From contig JAFATB010000006.1 of assembly GCA_019244185.1 (NCBI GenBank), forward strand, positions 352,001-416,000: a stretch of DNA of 64,000 bases, given 5' to 3'. This stretch comes from Acidobacteriota bacterium. GTDB lineage: Bacteria; Acidobacteriota; Thermoanaerobaculia; Gp7-AA8. The notes under the pieces are model-generated. The model was not told the DNA's origin and searched no databases. It saw nothing but the letters and a program-made list of their open reading frames with translations. Below, piece by piece: positions 9,227 through 18,782 of the stretch (positions are counted from its first letter, which is position 1; each line of letters starts with the position of its first letter). A program made the translations under genes and the position numbers.

Positions 9227-10072
9227 ATGCCTTCACAACCGATACGCAACGTCTCCGACACCGCGCTGTGGGCGGCGGTCTACCGCGCCCGCGAGACCGA
9301 GCGTCCCGACGCGCTGTTCCGCGATCCGCTCGCGCGCAAGCTCGCCGGCGCGCGCGGTCACGACATCAGCGGCCTGCTGCCCGCCAAACATCAGAACGAC
9401 TGGGCGTGGATCACCCGCACGGTGCTGTTCGACCGCTTTCTGCTCGAACAGATCGCATCCGGCGCGGACATGGTCGTCAATCTCGCCGCGGGACTCGACG
9501 CGCGTCCGTATCGCATGCAGCTGCCGCCGAATCTGCACTGGATCGAAGCCGATCTGCCGCCGCTCATCGCGTACAAAGAGGAGCTGCTGCGCGACGAGAC
9601 GCCGAACTGCCGCCTGGAGCGCGTCCCCGTCGATCTCTCCGACCGCAACGCGCGCAAGCCGCTCTTCGAACGCATCGCGGCCGAGTCGAAACGCGCGGTC
9701 GTGCTCACCGAAGGTCTCGTGATCTACCTGACGCGCGAAGGCGTCGGCGAGCTCGCGGACGATCTCGCGGCCATTCCTTCGATGCGCGCGTGGATCGTCG
9801 ACGTGGTGTCGCCCGGCCTGCGCGAGATGCTGATGAAGCAGATCGGCAAGGAGCTGAGCGCCGCCGACGCGCCGCTGCTCTTCTCTCCCGAAGAAGGGTG
9901 GACGTTCTTCGAGAAACACGGCTGGCGCGCGGCCAAGGTGCAGTCGGTCCTGCACGCGGCCGCGGAGCTCAAGCGCCTGAAGCTGCTGTTCCGCTTCTTC
10001 GCGATGTTTCCGCCGCCGAAGCCGCCGCTGGGGAAGCAGCCTTCTTCGGCGATTGTCGTGTTGGAACGATGA
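9227..10072 (+). CDS. SAM-dependent methyltransferase, leucine carboxyl methyltransferase-like
   Basis: SDTALWAAVYRA, FRDPLA, VVNLAAGLDARPYR, EADLP, TEGLVIYL. Confidence 0.88.
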   Translation: MPSQPIRNVSDTALWAAVYRARETERPDALFRDPLARKLAGARGHDISGLLPAKHQNDWAWITRTVLFDRFLLEQIASGADMVVNLAAGLDARPYRMQLPPNLHWIEADLPPLIAYKEELLRDETPNCRLERVPVDLSDRNARKPLFERIAAESKRAVVLTEGLVIYLTREGVGELADDLAAIPSMRAWIVDVVSPGLREMLMKQIGKELSAADAPLLFSPEEGWTFFEKHGWRAAKVQSVLHAAAELKRLKLLFRFFAMFPPPKPPLGKQPSSAIVVLER

Positions 10073-10136
10073 GGCCTCCGGCGGGCCGGCGCGGCCGGCG
10101 GCGCTTAGGGCCTAGCCTATCCGCACGTGGGGTGCA
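10071..10136. repeat. Intergenic repeat, copy 1 (single arm)
   Basis: GGCCTCCGGCGGGCCGGCGCGGCCGGCGGCGCTTAGGGCCTAGCC..CGCACGTG is nearly identical to 32093-32149. Confidence 0.85.
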
Positions 10137-10143
10137 GCTCGAG

Positions 10144-10884
10144 TTAGCGTAGGGCGGCGGTTGCGGAGGACGCGGGGGGATTCGGCGGCTCGGTGGCTTT
10201 GCGGATGTGCTTGGCGATGCGGTTGATGTAGTTGACCGTCTCGCGGAACGGCGGGACGCCGTTGTACTTCCAGATGTTGCCCTCGCCGGCGTTGTACGCG
10301 GCGACGGCGAGGTCGGCGTTGCCGTCGAAGGTCTTGAGCAGCCACCGCAGGTAGCGGACGCCGGCGTAGATGTTCTCCGCGGGATCGAACGCGTTCGTGA
10401 CGCCGAAACGCTCCGCGGTCGCGGGCATCAGCTGCATGAGGCCGCGCGCGCCTTTGTGCGACAGCGTGCGCGGGTCGTAGTCGGATTCCGCTTTGATGAC
10501 GGCGGATACGAGCGCGGCGTCGACGTCGAAATGCCGCGCCGCCTCGATGATGAGGTCGTTGTACTTTGACTTGAAGAGCGGCTTGCTGTTCTCGTCGAAA
10601 CGCCACGAGCGCCTCGGGAACACGCCTTCTTCGACGATCTTTTTCACTTCTTCGACGACCTCGACCGTGGTGATCTCGTCGTCCACGATCCGCTCGATGC
10701 GCGTCAGCGGCATCGACAGCTTTCCGCCGCCGTTCAGCGTCAGATGGATCGTTTCCTCTTCCACCGTGTAGTCGTCGATCTTCATCGAGCGGCCGTCCGC
10801 GAAGAGCGCAATGCTCGCGCTCGCCGTGTTCGCGGCGAGCAGCAGGACTGCGGTGGTGATGAAGGTTTTCATGGACGCGGTCAT
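10144..10884 (-). CDS. Lytic transglycosylase (SLT domain), secreted
   Basis: Signal peptide; VIKAESDY, GARGLMQLMPATA, AAYNAGEG, PPFRETVNY. Confidence 0.93.
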   Translation of the reverse strand: MTASMKTFITTAVLLLAANTASASIALFADGRSMKIDDYTVEEETIHLTLNGGGKLSMPLTRIERIVDDEITTVEVVEEVKKIVEEGVFPRRSWRFDENSKPLFKSKYNDLIIEAARHFDVDAALVSAVIKAESDYDPRTLSHKGARGLMQLMPATAERFGVTNAFDPAENIYAGVRYLRWLLKTFDGNADLAVAAYNAGEGNIWKYNGVPPFRETVNYINRIAKHIRKATEPPNPPASSATAALR

Positions 10885-10938
10885 AACGGTAGACGCGCGT
10901 CGATTATGCCGGGTTTCGCCCGCTCACGCGCGCGGCCC

Positions 10939-11871
10939 TTACGCGCGCGGGTGAAACGACTCGTACATCCGCTGCAGCCGCGCTCGCGAGACGTGCGTGT
11001 AGATCTGCGTCGTCGAGATGTCGGCGTGTCCGAGCATCATCTGCACCGACCGCAGGTCCGCGCCGTTTTCCAGCAGATGCGTCGCGAACGAATGCCGCAG
11101 CACGTGCGGCGAGATGTGCGTCCGGATGTCCGCCTCGCGCGCGTAGCGGACGATCTTCATCCAGAAGGACTGCCGCGTCATCGGCCGCCCGCGTCGCGAA
11201 AGAAAGAGGTGCGGATCGGCGTACTTGTCGAGCTCCGGACGTCCTTTTTCGAGGTACTCCACCATGACCGCTTTGGCCGTGTCGCCGAACGGCACGATGC
11301 GCTCCTTCGAGCCTTTGCCCATCGTGCGCACGAAGCCGGCGTCGAACACGACCTCGTCGATGCGCACTTTGATGAGCTCACTGACGCGCAGCCCCGTCGC
11401 GTACAGCAGCTCGAGCATCGCCGCGTCGCGCAAACCGTCAGGAGTCGTGCGATCGGGCGCGGCGAGCAGCGCCTCCACTTCCGACGGCTGCAGCGACTTC
11501 GGCAGCGTCGACCACAGCTTCGGGTTCTCGAGGTTCTCCGTCGGATCGACTTTCAGATGGCGCTCCGCGACCAGAAAGCGGAACAGTCCACGGATCGCCG
11601 CGAGCGCGCGCGCGACCGAACGCGCGGAGATGCCCGCGGCGCGCAGCGACTGGAAGTACTTGACGATGTGAATGCGCTCGATCGTCTCGACGTCGAGCCG
11701 CTGCTCGTTGAGCCAGTGGCCGAAGTGCCGCAGGTCGATCGCATACGACGCGAGCGAATTGCGCGCGAGACCTTTCTCGACCGACAGGTAGTCGAGATAG
11801 ATCGGCAGCCAGGTCAGAAAATACGGGCCGGTCTCGCGTTTGTCGGGATCAATTGCCCGCGGCTTGCGCAT
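10939..11871 (-). CDS. xerD: Tyrosine recombinase XerD
   Basis: RDAAMLELLYATGLRVSEL, GKGSKERIVP, SPHVLRHSFATHLLENGADLRSVQMMLGHADISTTQIYTHV. Confidence 0.93.
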   Translation of the reverse strand: MRKPRAIDPDKRETGPYFLTWLPIYLDYLSVEKGLARNSLASYAIDLRHFGHWLNEQRLDVETIERIHIVKYFQSLRAAGISARSVARALAAIRGLFRFLVAERHLKVDPTENLENPKLWSTLPKSLQPSEVEALLAAPDRTTPDGLRDAAMLELLYATGLRVSELIKVRIDEVVFDAGFVRTMGKGSKERIVPFGDTAKAVMVEYLEKGRPELDKYADPHLFLSRRGRPMTRQSFWMKIVRYAREADIRTHISPHVLRHSFATHLLENGADLRSVQMMLGHADISTTQIYTHVSRARLQRMYESFHPRA

Positions 11872-12727
11872 GTTCGTGAGCGACGAGATCGGCCATGTAC
11901 GAGCTCCGCACGAACGGGCCGGAGAACACCGCGCGGAAGCCGAGCTCCTCGCCGATCTCACGGTACTCCTCGAACACCGCCGGATGCACGTATTCGACGA
12001 CGTCGAGCTTCTCGCGCTTCGGCTGCAGGTACTGGCCGATCGTCACGATCTCGACGTGCGACTCGCGCAGGCGCTGCAGCGCTTCCACGACTTCGTCGCG
12101 CCGCTCGCCGAGTCCGAGCATGAGCCCCGACTTCGTCGCGATCGTCGGATCGATCGCCTTCGCCTCGCGCAACACCGCGAGCGAGCGCTCGAAGCGCGAG
12201 CCGGGCCGCACGTAGTCGTAGAGCCGCGGCACGGTCTCGACGTTGTGGTTGAAGTAATCGGGCCGCGCCTCGACGACGATGCGCACCGCGTCGAGATTGC
12301 CGCGGAAATCCGAGGTCAGCACTTCGACCGCCGCGTGCGGCAAGAGCGCGCGCAACTCGTGAATCGTTTCCGCGAACTGCTGCGCGCCGCCGTCGTCGAG
12401 ATCGTCGCGCGTCACCGACGTCACGACGACGTGCTTCAGGCCCAGGCGTCGCGCCGTCTCCGCGACCGCGCGCGGCTCGGCCGGCGACGGCGGCGCGTAC
12501 GGGCGTCCCGTCGTCACATTGCAGAAGCCGCACGAGCGCGTGCAGATGTCGCCGAGGATCATGAAGGTGGCCGTGCCGCGCGAGAAACACTCCGTGCGGT
12601 TGGGGCACGCGAGCGACTCGCACACCGAGTGCAGATCGCGCTCGCGCAGCATCGTCTTGACCTCGCGCAGCGAGGCGAGGTTCAGCTTTTTCTCACGGAT
12701 CCAGGGAGGCAAGCGTTGGGAGGACAT
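11849..12727 (-). CDS. lipA: Lipoyl synthase
   Basis: CESLACPNRTEC and CTRSCGFC clusters, NHNVETV, VRSSY. Confidence 0.97.
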   Translation of the reverse strand: MSSQRLPPWIREKKLNLASLREVKTMLRERDLHSVCESLACPNRTECFSRGTATFMILGDICTRSCGFCNVTTGRPYAPPSPAEPRAVAETARRLGLKHVVVTSVTRDDLDDGGAQQFAETIHELRALLPHAAVEVLTSDFRGNLDAVRIVVEARPDYFNHNVETVPRLYDYVRPGSRFERSLAVLREAKAIDPTIATKSGLMLGLGERRDEVVEALQRLRESHVEIVTIGQYLQPKREKLDVVEYVHPAVFEEYREIGEELGFRAVFSGPFVRSSYMADLVAHEHAQAAGN

Positions 12728-12746
12728 GGTCGATTCAAAGCCGAAC

Positions 12747-12824
12747 GAAGAATTTCGAATGAAGAATGCAGAAAGCGCGTCCGGCGCTCTTCATTCTAAA
12801 TTCTTCATTCGAAATTCTTCATTC
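12747..12824. repeat. AT-rich heptamer-based inverted repeat
   Basis: GAAGAATTTCGAATGAAGAAT (12747-12767) is the exact reverse complement of 12800-12820. The right side is a 7-bp tandem array: TTCATTC TAAATTC TTCATTC GAAATTC TTCATTC. Confidence 0.85.
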
Positions 12825-12827
12825 TTT

Positions 12828-12857
12828 CAAACGAAAACGCCGCCTTGCGGCGGCGTT
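12828..12857 (-). terminator. Probable intrinsic terminator after carD
   Basis: Minus strand AACGCCGCC-GCAA-GGCGGCGTT followed by TTCGTTT. Confidence 0.7.
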
Positions 12858-12882
12858 CGAAGCAGCGTCTCTCGATCGTGCG

Positions 12883-13404
12883 CTAGTGTCCGGTGGCAAC
12901 GGCCACGGGCGACAGCGACTTCTCGAGGCACTTGTGGATCAGCTTCTCGGCTTCCGGCTCGGGGATGTTCTTCACGATCGCGACCTCGGAGACGAGGAGA
13001 TACTTCGCGCGGTCGTACATCTTCTTCTCGCGGAACGAGAGGCTCTTTTTCTTCTGCACCTCATTGAGGTTCTTGAGGACCTCAGCGACATCTTCGAGAC
13101 GACCGGTCTTCATCTTCTCGAGGTTCTCGCGGTAGCGGCCCTTCCAGTCCGTGTGGCTCTTGACCGTCTTCTCCTCGAGCAGGCCGAGGAGACCCTTGAT
13201 CTCTTTCTGCTGGTAGAGGCGGCGCAGACCGACGCGGTCCGTGTTCGTGATCGGCACCACCAGCCGCGAGTTGTTCGCAAGAAGACGCAGGTGATAGTAG
13301 CTGTCACCCGAAGGCATGATCGGCGACTCGCCGATGTGCTCGACCACGGTCACACCATGGTTCGGATAAACGAGCTTGTCCCCGACCTTGAAACCCAATT
13401 TCAT
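12883..13404 (-). CDS. carD: CarD/CdnL-family transcription factor
   Basis: FKVGDKLVYPNHGV, VPITN..VGLR, WKGRYREN, LSFREKKMY..A..LLVSEVA. Confidence 0.92.
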   Translation of the reverse strand: MKLGFKVGDKLVYPNHGVTVVEHIGESPIMPSGDSYYHLRLLANNSRLVVPITNTDRVGLRRLYQQKEIKGLLGLLEEKTVKSHTDWKGRYRENLEKMKTGRLEDVAEVLKNLNEVQKKKSLSFREKKMYDRAKYLLVSEVAIVKNIPEPEAEKLIHKCLEKSLSPVAVATGH

Positions 13405-13462
13405 TGACGACAAGTGAGGCTCCTTTCGGAAAGCGCTTAGGGATACAACATGAGGGACGGGC

Positions 13463-13491
13463 ATTCTACGCCAGCGACCTCGGTGCGTCAA
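13463..13491 (-). promoter_or_regulatory. sigma70-type promoter of carD
   Basis: Minus strand TTGACG-17 nt-TAGAAT, about 58 nt upstream of the ATG. Confidence 0.75.
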
Positions 13492-13538
13492 ACTTCCGAC
13501 GACGCCCGTTCTGCTGAAAACACCCAATAAATAGGCCG

Positions 13539-13561
13539 AAAACCGGCGGTTTCGCCGGTTT
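13539..13561 (-). terminator. Hairpin, probable terminator of the pdp-deoB operon
   Basis: AAACCGGCG-AAAC-CGCCGGTTTT; the U-tract is short. Confidence 0.5.
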
Positions 13562-13605
13562 GCAAGTTTCGCGCGCGGCGCGCGAATGGCGTTCTCAGCG
13601 ACCGC

Positions 13606-14622
13606 TCAGCGGCGCATGCGGCGGATCAGCTGATGCAGCCGGTCGAGTCCTTCGCGACGCTCGCTTTCGCTGCCGGTGAGCAGGTCTTCGATCATCTGCA
13701 GCTCGGTCTGCATCTCGAGCTCGGTGGCGGCGTCGCGCGACGCGGTGACGGTGACGTTCGACTGCGCGGGCGCCGGCGTCGCGGGTGACGAGGTCGCGAT
13801 GACGGGCGCGGCGTTGCGCGTCTGCGCGCCGAGGGTGTCGCGCATGCGCTGCGCCATCGCGCGGATCGACTTCACGTCGTTGTTGTCGAGCGCGCGCAGC
13901 ACCGCTTTCGCGCTTTCCACGGCGTCGATGTACGGGCTGTCGGGACGGTCGACGATCTTCGCGTGCACGAGCGTGAGGTCGAGGTTGCCGTAGCCCGCTT
14001 TCGGATCGGCGGAGGCGATGACGTGCACGGTGACCTGGCGTCCGATCGACGGCAGATCGAGCGGCTTCGTCTCGCCCGGCTGCAGCCACGCCTTGACGTC
14101 GATGGTCTGGCGCTCGGGGGCCGCGGAGCCTTGCGGCATGAGCTCGTAGTCGACGCGCTCGACCCACACCGGATTGTTCTTGCGCACGAGCAGACGGCGC
14201 GTCGGCACTTCGAGGATGACGCGGTAGATGAACGCGCCTTTCAATTCGAGCGTCGACATCTTGTCGGCGCGCGGCTGCACGGTGAACGAATCGCTCGTGC
14301 GTCCCGACTCGAAGCGCTCGAACGTCGCGTAGTCGTACGTGCCGTCGGAGCGCTTGCCGCGCAGCGCGTCGATGTCTTCGTTGACGATGCGTTTGAGAAG
14401 ATCGGCCGGAAGATCGCGCTTGCTCGCCTGCGCGACGCGGTCGAGCACGATCGCGTCGTCGGCGACCTGAGCGAGGTTCACCGGCGCAGCAGCCGGCGGC
14501 GTGACATTGCTTTGCGCGACGTTGCTTTGCGCGACGTTGCTCTGCGCGACCTTGCTCTGCGCGAATAGTGGCGCGGCGAAGAGGAACGTTGCGATCGCGG
14601 CGCGTTTCATCGAGGACATCAT
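13606..14622 (-). CDS. Secreted hypothetical protein with AQSNV pentapeptide repeats
   Basis: Signal peptide [17 protein letters not shown]; codon usage like the neighbours; ATGA overlap with the deoB stop. Confidence 0.7.
   Translation of the reverse strand: MMSSMKRAAIATFLFAAPLFAQSKVAQSNVAQSNVAQSNVTPPAAAPVNLAQVADDAIVLDRVAQASKRDLPADLLKRIVNEDIDALRGKRSDGTYDYATFERFESGRTSDSFTVQPRADKMSTLELKGAFIYRVILEVPTRRLLVRKNNPVWVERVDYELMPQGSAAPERQTIDVKAWLQPGETKPLDLPSIGRQVTVHVIASADPKAGYGNLDLTLVHAKIVDRPDSPYIDAVESAKAVLRALDNNDVKSIRAMAQRMRDTLGAQTRNAAPVIATSSPATPAPAQSNVTVTASRDAATELEMQTELQMIEDLLTGSESERREGLDRLHQLIRRMRR
14503..14562 (-). repeat. 4 x 15-bp coding tandem repeat ([10 protein letters not shown])
   Basis: + strand units gacattgctttgcgc, gacgttgctttgcgc, gacgttgctctgcgc, gaccttgctctgcgc. 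Confidence 0.9.
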
Positions 14623-15794
14623 TCGACTCCGAGCTCCGGCAGCGCGCTCGTGCCGGCGAGGCCGGCCGACGGCAGGCGGAGGTAATCGCAGACCGTGGCG
14701 CCGAGGTCGGCGAACGTCGTGCGCGTACCGAGCGGGCGCGCGCCGCGGATGCGCGGACCGGTGATGATGAGCGGCACGTACTCGCGCGTGTGATCGGTGG
14801 AGACGTCCGTCGGATCGCAGCCGTGATCGGCGGAGATGAAGACGAGGTCATCCTCCCGCAGCGATGCGAGCAGCGCCGCGAGCTCGCCGTCGAACGTCTC
14901 CAGCGCTCTCGCGTAGCCGACGGCGTCGTTGCGGTGGCCGTACTTCGAGTCGAAGTCGACGAGGTTCGTGAAGATGAAGTCGGCGTTCGACTCGCGCACG
15001 AGCTCGAGCGTCTTGCGCATGCCGTCGGAGTTCGATTCGGTGCGGATCTCGCGGCCGATGCCAACGCGGTCGAAGATGTCGGCGATCTTGCCGAGGCCGA
15101 TGACTTCGCGTCCGGCGTTGTGCGCGCGTTCGACGACGGTCTCGCCGGTGGGCCGCACGGAAAAGTCTTTGCGGTTCGCGGTGCGTTTGAAGTGTCCCGC
15201 GCCGCTGCCGACGAATGGCCGCGCGATGATGCGGCCAATGTTGTGCTCGCCGCGCATGAGCTCGCGCGCGATCGCGCAGATCCGCCACAGCTCCTCGACC
15301 GGAATCACGTCCTCGTGCGCGGCGACCTGAAACACGGAATCGGCGGACGTGTAGACGATCGGCGAGCCGGTGCGCATGTGCTCTTCGCCGAGCTCGTCGA
15401 GGATGACCGTCCCCGACGCCGGCTTGTTGCCGAGCGTCTTCCGTCCGATGCGCCGCTCGTACTCGTCGATGATCTCGCGCGGAAACCCGTTCGGATACGT
15501 CCGGAACGGGTCGGCGACGATGAGCCCCATCATTTCCCAATGCCCCGTCGTTGTGTCCTTCCCCGCGCTGACTTCGTTCATGCGCCCGAACGCCGCCGCC
15601 GGAATGTCCGTCGACGCCGGCGAAGGGAGCGTGTGCAAAAGCCCGAGCCGCGTGAGCGTCGGCAGCTGCGGATGCTGCGCCTCGAGCACATGTCCGAGCG
15701 TGTTCGAGCCTTCATCGCCAAAGTCGCGCGCGTCCGGCAGCTCGCCGACGCCGAGGGAGTCGCAGATGAGAGTGATGACGCGGCGGTTGGTCAT
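14619..15794 (-). CDS. deoB: Phosphopentomutase
   Basis: [59 protein letters not shown]. Confidence 0.97.
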   Translation of the reverse strand: MTNRRVITLICDSLGVGELPDARDFGDEGSNTLGHVLEAQHPQLPTLTRLGLLHTLPSPASTDIPAAAFGRMNEVSAGKDTTTGHWEMMGLIVADPFRTYPNGFPREIIDEYERRIGRKTLGNKPASGTVILDELGEEHMRTGSPIVYTSADSVFQVAAHEDVIPVEELWRICAIARELMRGEHNIGRIIARPFVGSGAGHFKRTANRKDFSVRPTGETVVERAHNAGREVIGLGKIADIFDRVGIGREIRTESNSDGMRKTLELVRESNADFIFTNLVDFDSKYGHRNDAVGYARALETFDGELAALLASLREDDLVFISADHGCDPTDVSTDHTREYVPLIITGPRIRGARPLGTRTTFADLGATVCDYLRLPSAGLAGTSALPELGVE

Positions 15795-16060
15795 GAACCT
15801 GCTTTCTTGCGTGTCGTTTTCGGCGCCGCCGCCGTCTTCGCGCTCACGCGCTGCGGCTGCGCGGCGGAGGAGAGGCGGACGAGCGTGCGGAGGGCTTCGT
15901 TGACGGCTTGGTTGTCGGGGAAGACGGCCGCGAGATCTTCATCGAGCACGCGGATCACTTTCGGCCCGTGATACGCGACGAAGTAGGGATTCGGGCGGCC
16001 GTTGCTGAAGTCGATCTCGCGGTCGAGCGGATCGTCGTCAGCGGTTTGCTTTTTCTTCAT
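15791..16060 (-). CDS. BrnA-like antitoxin (orphan)
   Basis: [13 protein letters not shown]...[23 protein letters not shown], the pattern of small antitoxins found downstream of BrnT toxins. Confidence 0.65.
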   Translation of the reverse strand: MKKKQTADDDPLDREIDFSNGRPNPYFVAYHGPKVIRVLDEDLAAVFPDNQAVNEALRTLVRLSSAAQPQRVSAKTAAAPKTTRKKAGS

Positions 16061-16153
16061 AGGTTGGTTCTGCGTCGCACAGACATCAGGAGGCGCTCGT
16101 GTCTAACACCCCGATGATAAATCGCTCGTTACATGAAGAGCACAGCTCGGAAT
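16039..16153 (-). pseudogene. Possible decayed BrnT-toxin remnant
   Basis: Lower-GC spacer giving ERFIIGV, then (after frameshifts) RHERLLMS and TYEEKANR* overlapping the antitoxin ATG; resembles the BrnT C-terminal half. Confidence 0.35.
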
Positions 16154-17466
16154 CATCGCAAATGCTCATGCACCATCGGTCGCTCCGCGGGGACCGCGTC
16201 GCTGATGGTCACGAACGACAAAAACTTCGAGCGCAGCTCGTCGGCGTCGCGATCGCTCGTGCCGAGTTGGATGCGGGCGATGGTGTCGCCGGCGCGGACT
16301 TCGTCGCCGACGTTCAAGTCGAAGAGCACGCCGGCGGCGTAGTCGATCACGTCGTCGGCTTTCTTGCGGCCGGCGCCGAGGTCGACGGTGAACATGCCGG
16401 CTTGGTAGGTGTCGATCGCGGTGAGAGCGCCGGATTGCGGGGCTTTCACCTCAATGGTCGTGCGCGGCTGCGGGAGGAGCGAGTAGTCGTCGACGATGTT
16501 CGGGTCGCCGCCCTGCGCGGCGATCCACTTGCGCGTCTGCTCGAGCGCGCGGCCGGAGGTCAGCGCGTCTTCGAGCGCGCGGTTCGCGGACGCCTCGTCG
16601 AAGCGTCCCGACATCACGAGAATGCGTTCGGCCTGCGCGCGCGTGACTTCGAGCACGTCCGCGGGACCGCGGCCTTTCAGCACTTCGATCGTCTCGACGA
16701 TCTCGTTCGCGTTGCCGGCCGCGATGCCGAGCGGGCGGTCCATGTCCGTGATCAGCGCCTCGACGCGCGTGCCGGATCCCGCGGCTGCCGCGATGAGGCT
16801 CTGCGCGAGCGCCTTCGAGTCCTGGTAGATGCGCATGAACGCGCCGCTGCCCGTCTTCACATCGAGGATCAGTGCCGACGCGCCCATGGCGAGCTTCTTC
16901 GACATGATCGACGCGGTGATGAGCGGCAGCGACTCGACCGTGCCGGTCACATCGCGCAGCGCGTAGATCTTCTTGTCGGCCGGCGCGATGCCTTCGGTCG
17001 ACGTCGAGATGACGCAGCCCGCATCGGCGACGCAGCGCTCGAACTCCTCGCGCGAGAGCCGCGCGTTGAAGCCGGGGATCGCCTCGAGCTTGTCGAGCGT
17101 GCCGCCGGTGTGCCCGAGTCCGCGGCCGGAGAGCATGCCGATCTTCACGCCGCACGCGGCCACCCACGGCGAGAGCACGAGCGACACCTTGTCGCCAACG
17201 CCGCCCGTCGAATGCTTGTCGGCGATGAAGTCGTACGAGTCGCGCAGATGCCACTGCTCGCCCGAGCGCAGCATGGCCTGCGTCAGCGTGGCCATCTCCT
17301 CCGCGGTCATGCCGTTGATCGCGATGGCCATCAACAGCGCCGACATCTGATAGTCGGGGATCGTGCCGCGCGTGAAGCCTTCGACGAAGAACTCGATCTC
17401 GCGCGGATCGAGCGGCGCGCCGCGGCGCTTGCGGTTGAGGAGCTCGTAGACGCTGTAGTCAGCCAT
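16153..17466 (-). CDS. pdp: Pyrimidine-nucleoside/thymidine phosphorylase
   Basis: DYQMSALLMAI, DKHSTGGVGDK, SGRGLGHTGGTLDKLE, ASIMSKK, DVKTGSGAFM. Confidence 0.95.
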   Translation of the reverse strand: MADYSVYELLNRKRRGAPLDPREIEFFVEGFTRGTIPDYQMSALLMAIAINGMTAEEMATLTQAMLRSGEQWHLRDSYDFIADKHSTGGVGDKVSLVLSPWVAACGVKIGMLSGRGLGHTGGTLDKLEAIPGFNARLSREEFERCVADAGCVISTSTEGIAPADKKIYALRDVTGTVESLPLITASIMSKKLAMGASALILDVKTGSGAFMRIYQDSKALAQSLIAAAAGSGTRVEALITDMDRPLGIAAGNANEIVETIEVLKGRGPADVLEVTRAQAERILVMSGRFDEASANRALEDALTSGRALEQTRKWIAAQGGDPNIVDDYSLLPQPRTTIEVKAPQSGALTAIDTYQAGMFTVDLGAGRKKADDVIDYAAGVLFDLNVGDEVRAGDTIARIQLGTSDRDADELRSKFLSFVTISDAVPAERPMVHEHLR

Positions 17467-17488
17467 AGCGGGGTAGCATAGCCGACCC
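17467..17488. promoter_or_regulatory. Putative bidirectional leaderless promoter (pdp/queC)
   Basis: 22-bp spacer without an RBS. TAGCAT (+, 17474-17479) is 9 nt before the queC ATG; TATGCT (-, 17480-17475) is 8 nt before the pdp ATG. Confidence 0.55.
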
Positions 17489-18163
17489 ATGAAAGCGGTG
17501 ATCCTGCTGTCCGGCGGACTCGATTCCGCGACGGTTCTGGCGATGGCGAAGGCGGAAGGTCGCGTCTGTCACGCGCTGTCGATCGTCTACGGCCAGCGCC
17601 ACTCCGTCGAGCTCGAGGCGGCGAAGCGCGTTGCCTCGGCGATCGGCGTCGCCGAGCACGACATCCACGCGCTCGATCTCCGCGCGTTCGGCGCGAGCGC
17701 GCTCACGAGCGACATCGACGTCCCGAAAGACGCCGTCGGCGCGCCCGGCATCCCGATCACCTACGTCCCCGCGCGCAACACGATCTTCCTGGCGCTGGCG
17801 CTGGGATTTGCGGAAGCGCGCGGCGCCGACGAGATCTGGATCGGCGTCAACGCGCTCGACTACTCCGGCTATCCGGACTGCCGTCCGGAGTTCATCGACG
17901 CCTTTCAGGACGTCATCCTCAAAGGCACGCGCAGCGGTGTCGAGCGCGGCACGCCTCGCCTCGTCGCGCCGCTGCTGCATCTCACCAAAGCGGACATCAT
18001 CCGCCGCGGCATCTCCCTCGGCGTCGACTACGCGATGACGCATTCGTGCTACGACCCCGCGTCCGACGGACGCGCGTGCGGCCACTGCGACTCGTGCATC
18101 CTGCGGCGGAAGGGATTCGCGGAAGCGGGCGTTGAAGACCCGACGACGTATGCGGGTCACTGA
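17489..18163 (+). CDS. queC: 7-cyano-7-deazaguanine synthase
   Basis: [36 protein letters not shown]. Confidence 0.97.
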   Translation: MKAVILLSGGLDSATVLAMAKAEGRVCHALSIVYGQRHSVELEAAKRVASAIGVAEHDIHALDLRAFGASALTSDIDVPKDAVGAPGIPITYVPARNTIFLALALGFAEARGADEIWIGVNALDYSGYPDCRPEFIDAFQDVILKGTRSGVERGTPRLVAPLLHLTKADIIRRGISLGVDYAMTHSCYDPASDGRACGHCDSCILRRKGFAEAGVEDPTTYAGH

Positions 18164-18782
18164 GATCTTCCATTCGATTCAGGGCGAGTCGACGCACGCG
18201 GGACGTCCTTGCACGTTCGTGCGCCTCACCGGCTGCAACCTGCGTTGCCGCTGGTGCGACTCCGCGTACACGTTCGCCGGCGGCGAGAAGCTGTCGCTCG
18301 ACGACGTCGTCGCGCGCGTCGAAGCGTACGGCTGCAACCTCGTCGAGATCACCGGCGGCGAGCCGCTCGCGCAGCAGGAAGCGTTCGCGCTGATCGCACG
18401 ACTCTGCGACGCCGGCTACGAAGTGCTCATCGAAACGTCGGGCTCCATCGACACGGCTCCGGTCGACGGGCGCGCAAAGCTGATCCTCGATATCAAGTGT
18501 CCCGGCAGCGGCGAAGCCGCGAAGAACCGCTGGGAGAATCTCGAGCAGTTGCGCGCGCACGACGAGCTGAAGTTCGTGATCGCCGATCGCGCGGATTACG
18601 ATTGGGCGCGGCGCGTGATCGCGGAGCGCGGGCTCGCCTCGCGCACGATTCTCTTCTCGCCCGTCTGGGGAGAGCTCGACATGAAGGCGCTCGCCGAATG
18701 GATGCTGGCCGACCGCGTTCCGGCGCGCCTGCAAACGCAGCTACACAAACACATCTGGGGTGCGGAGGCTCGCGGAGTTTGA
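18150..18782 (+). CDS. queE: 7-carboxy-7-deazaguanine synthase (radical SAM)
   Basis: [35 protein letters not shown]. Confidence 0.93.
   Translation: MRVTEIFHSIQGESTHAGRPCTFVRLTGCNLRCRWCDSAYTFAGGEKLSLDDVVARVEAYGCNLVEITGGEPLAQQEAFALIARLCDAGYEVLIETSGSIDTAPVDGRAKLILDIKCPGSGEAAKNRWENLEQLRAHDELKFVIADRADYDWARRVIAERGLASRTILFSPVWGELDMKALAEWMLADRVPARLQTQLHKHIWGAEARGV

Noticed and set aside
10939-11871. Tyrosine recombinase as a prophage or island integrase
   Set aside because: Motifs match chromosomal XerD, it overlaps lipA, and there are no att sites, tRNA or phage genes.
14503-14562. CRISPR array
   Set aside because: 15-bp units without spacers, in frame within a CDS; no cas genes.
17489-18782. 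queC/queE as a 7-deazaguanine DNA-modification or QueC-based defence system
   Set aside because: Canonical lengths and motifs in a housekeeping context; no dpdA/tgt-like, TatD or ATPase partners.
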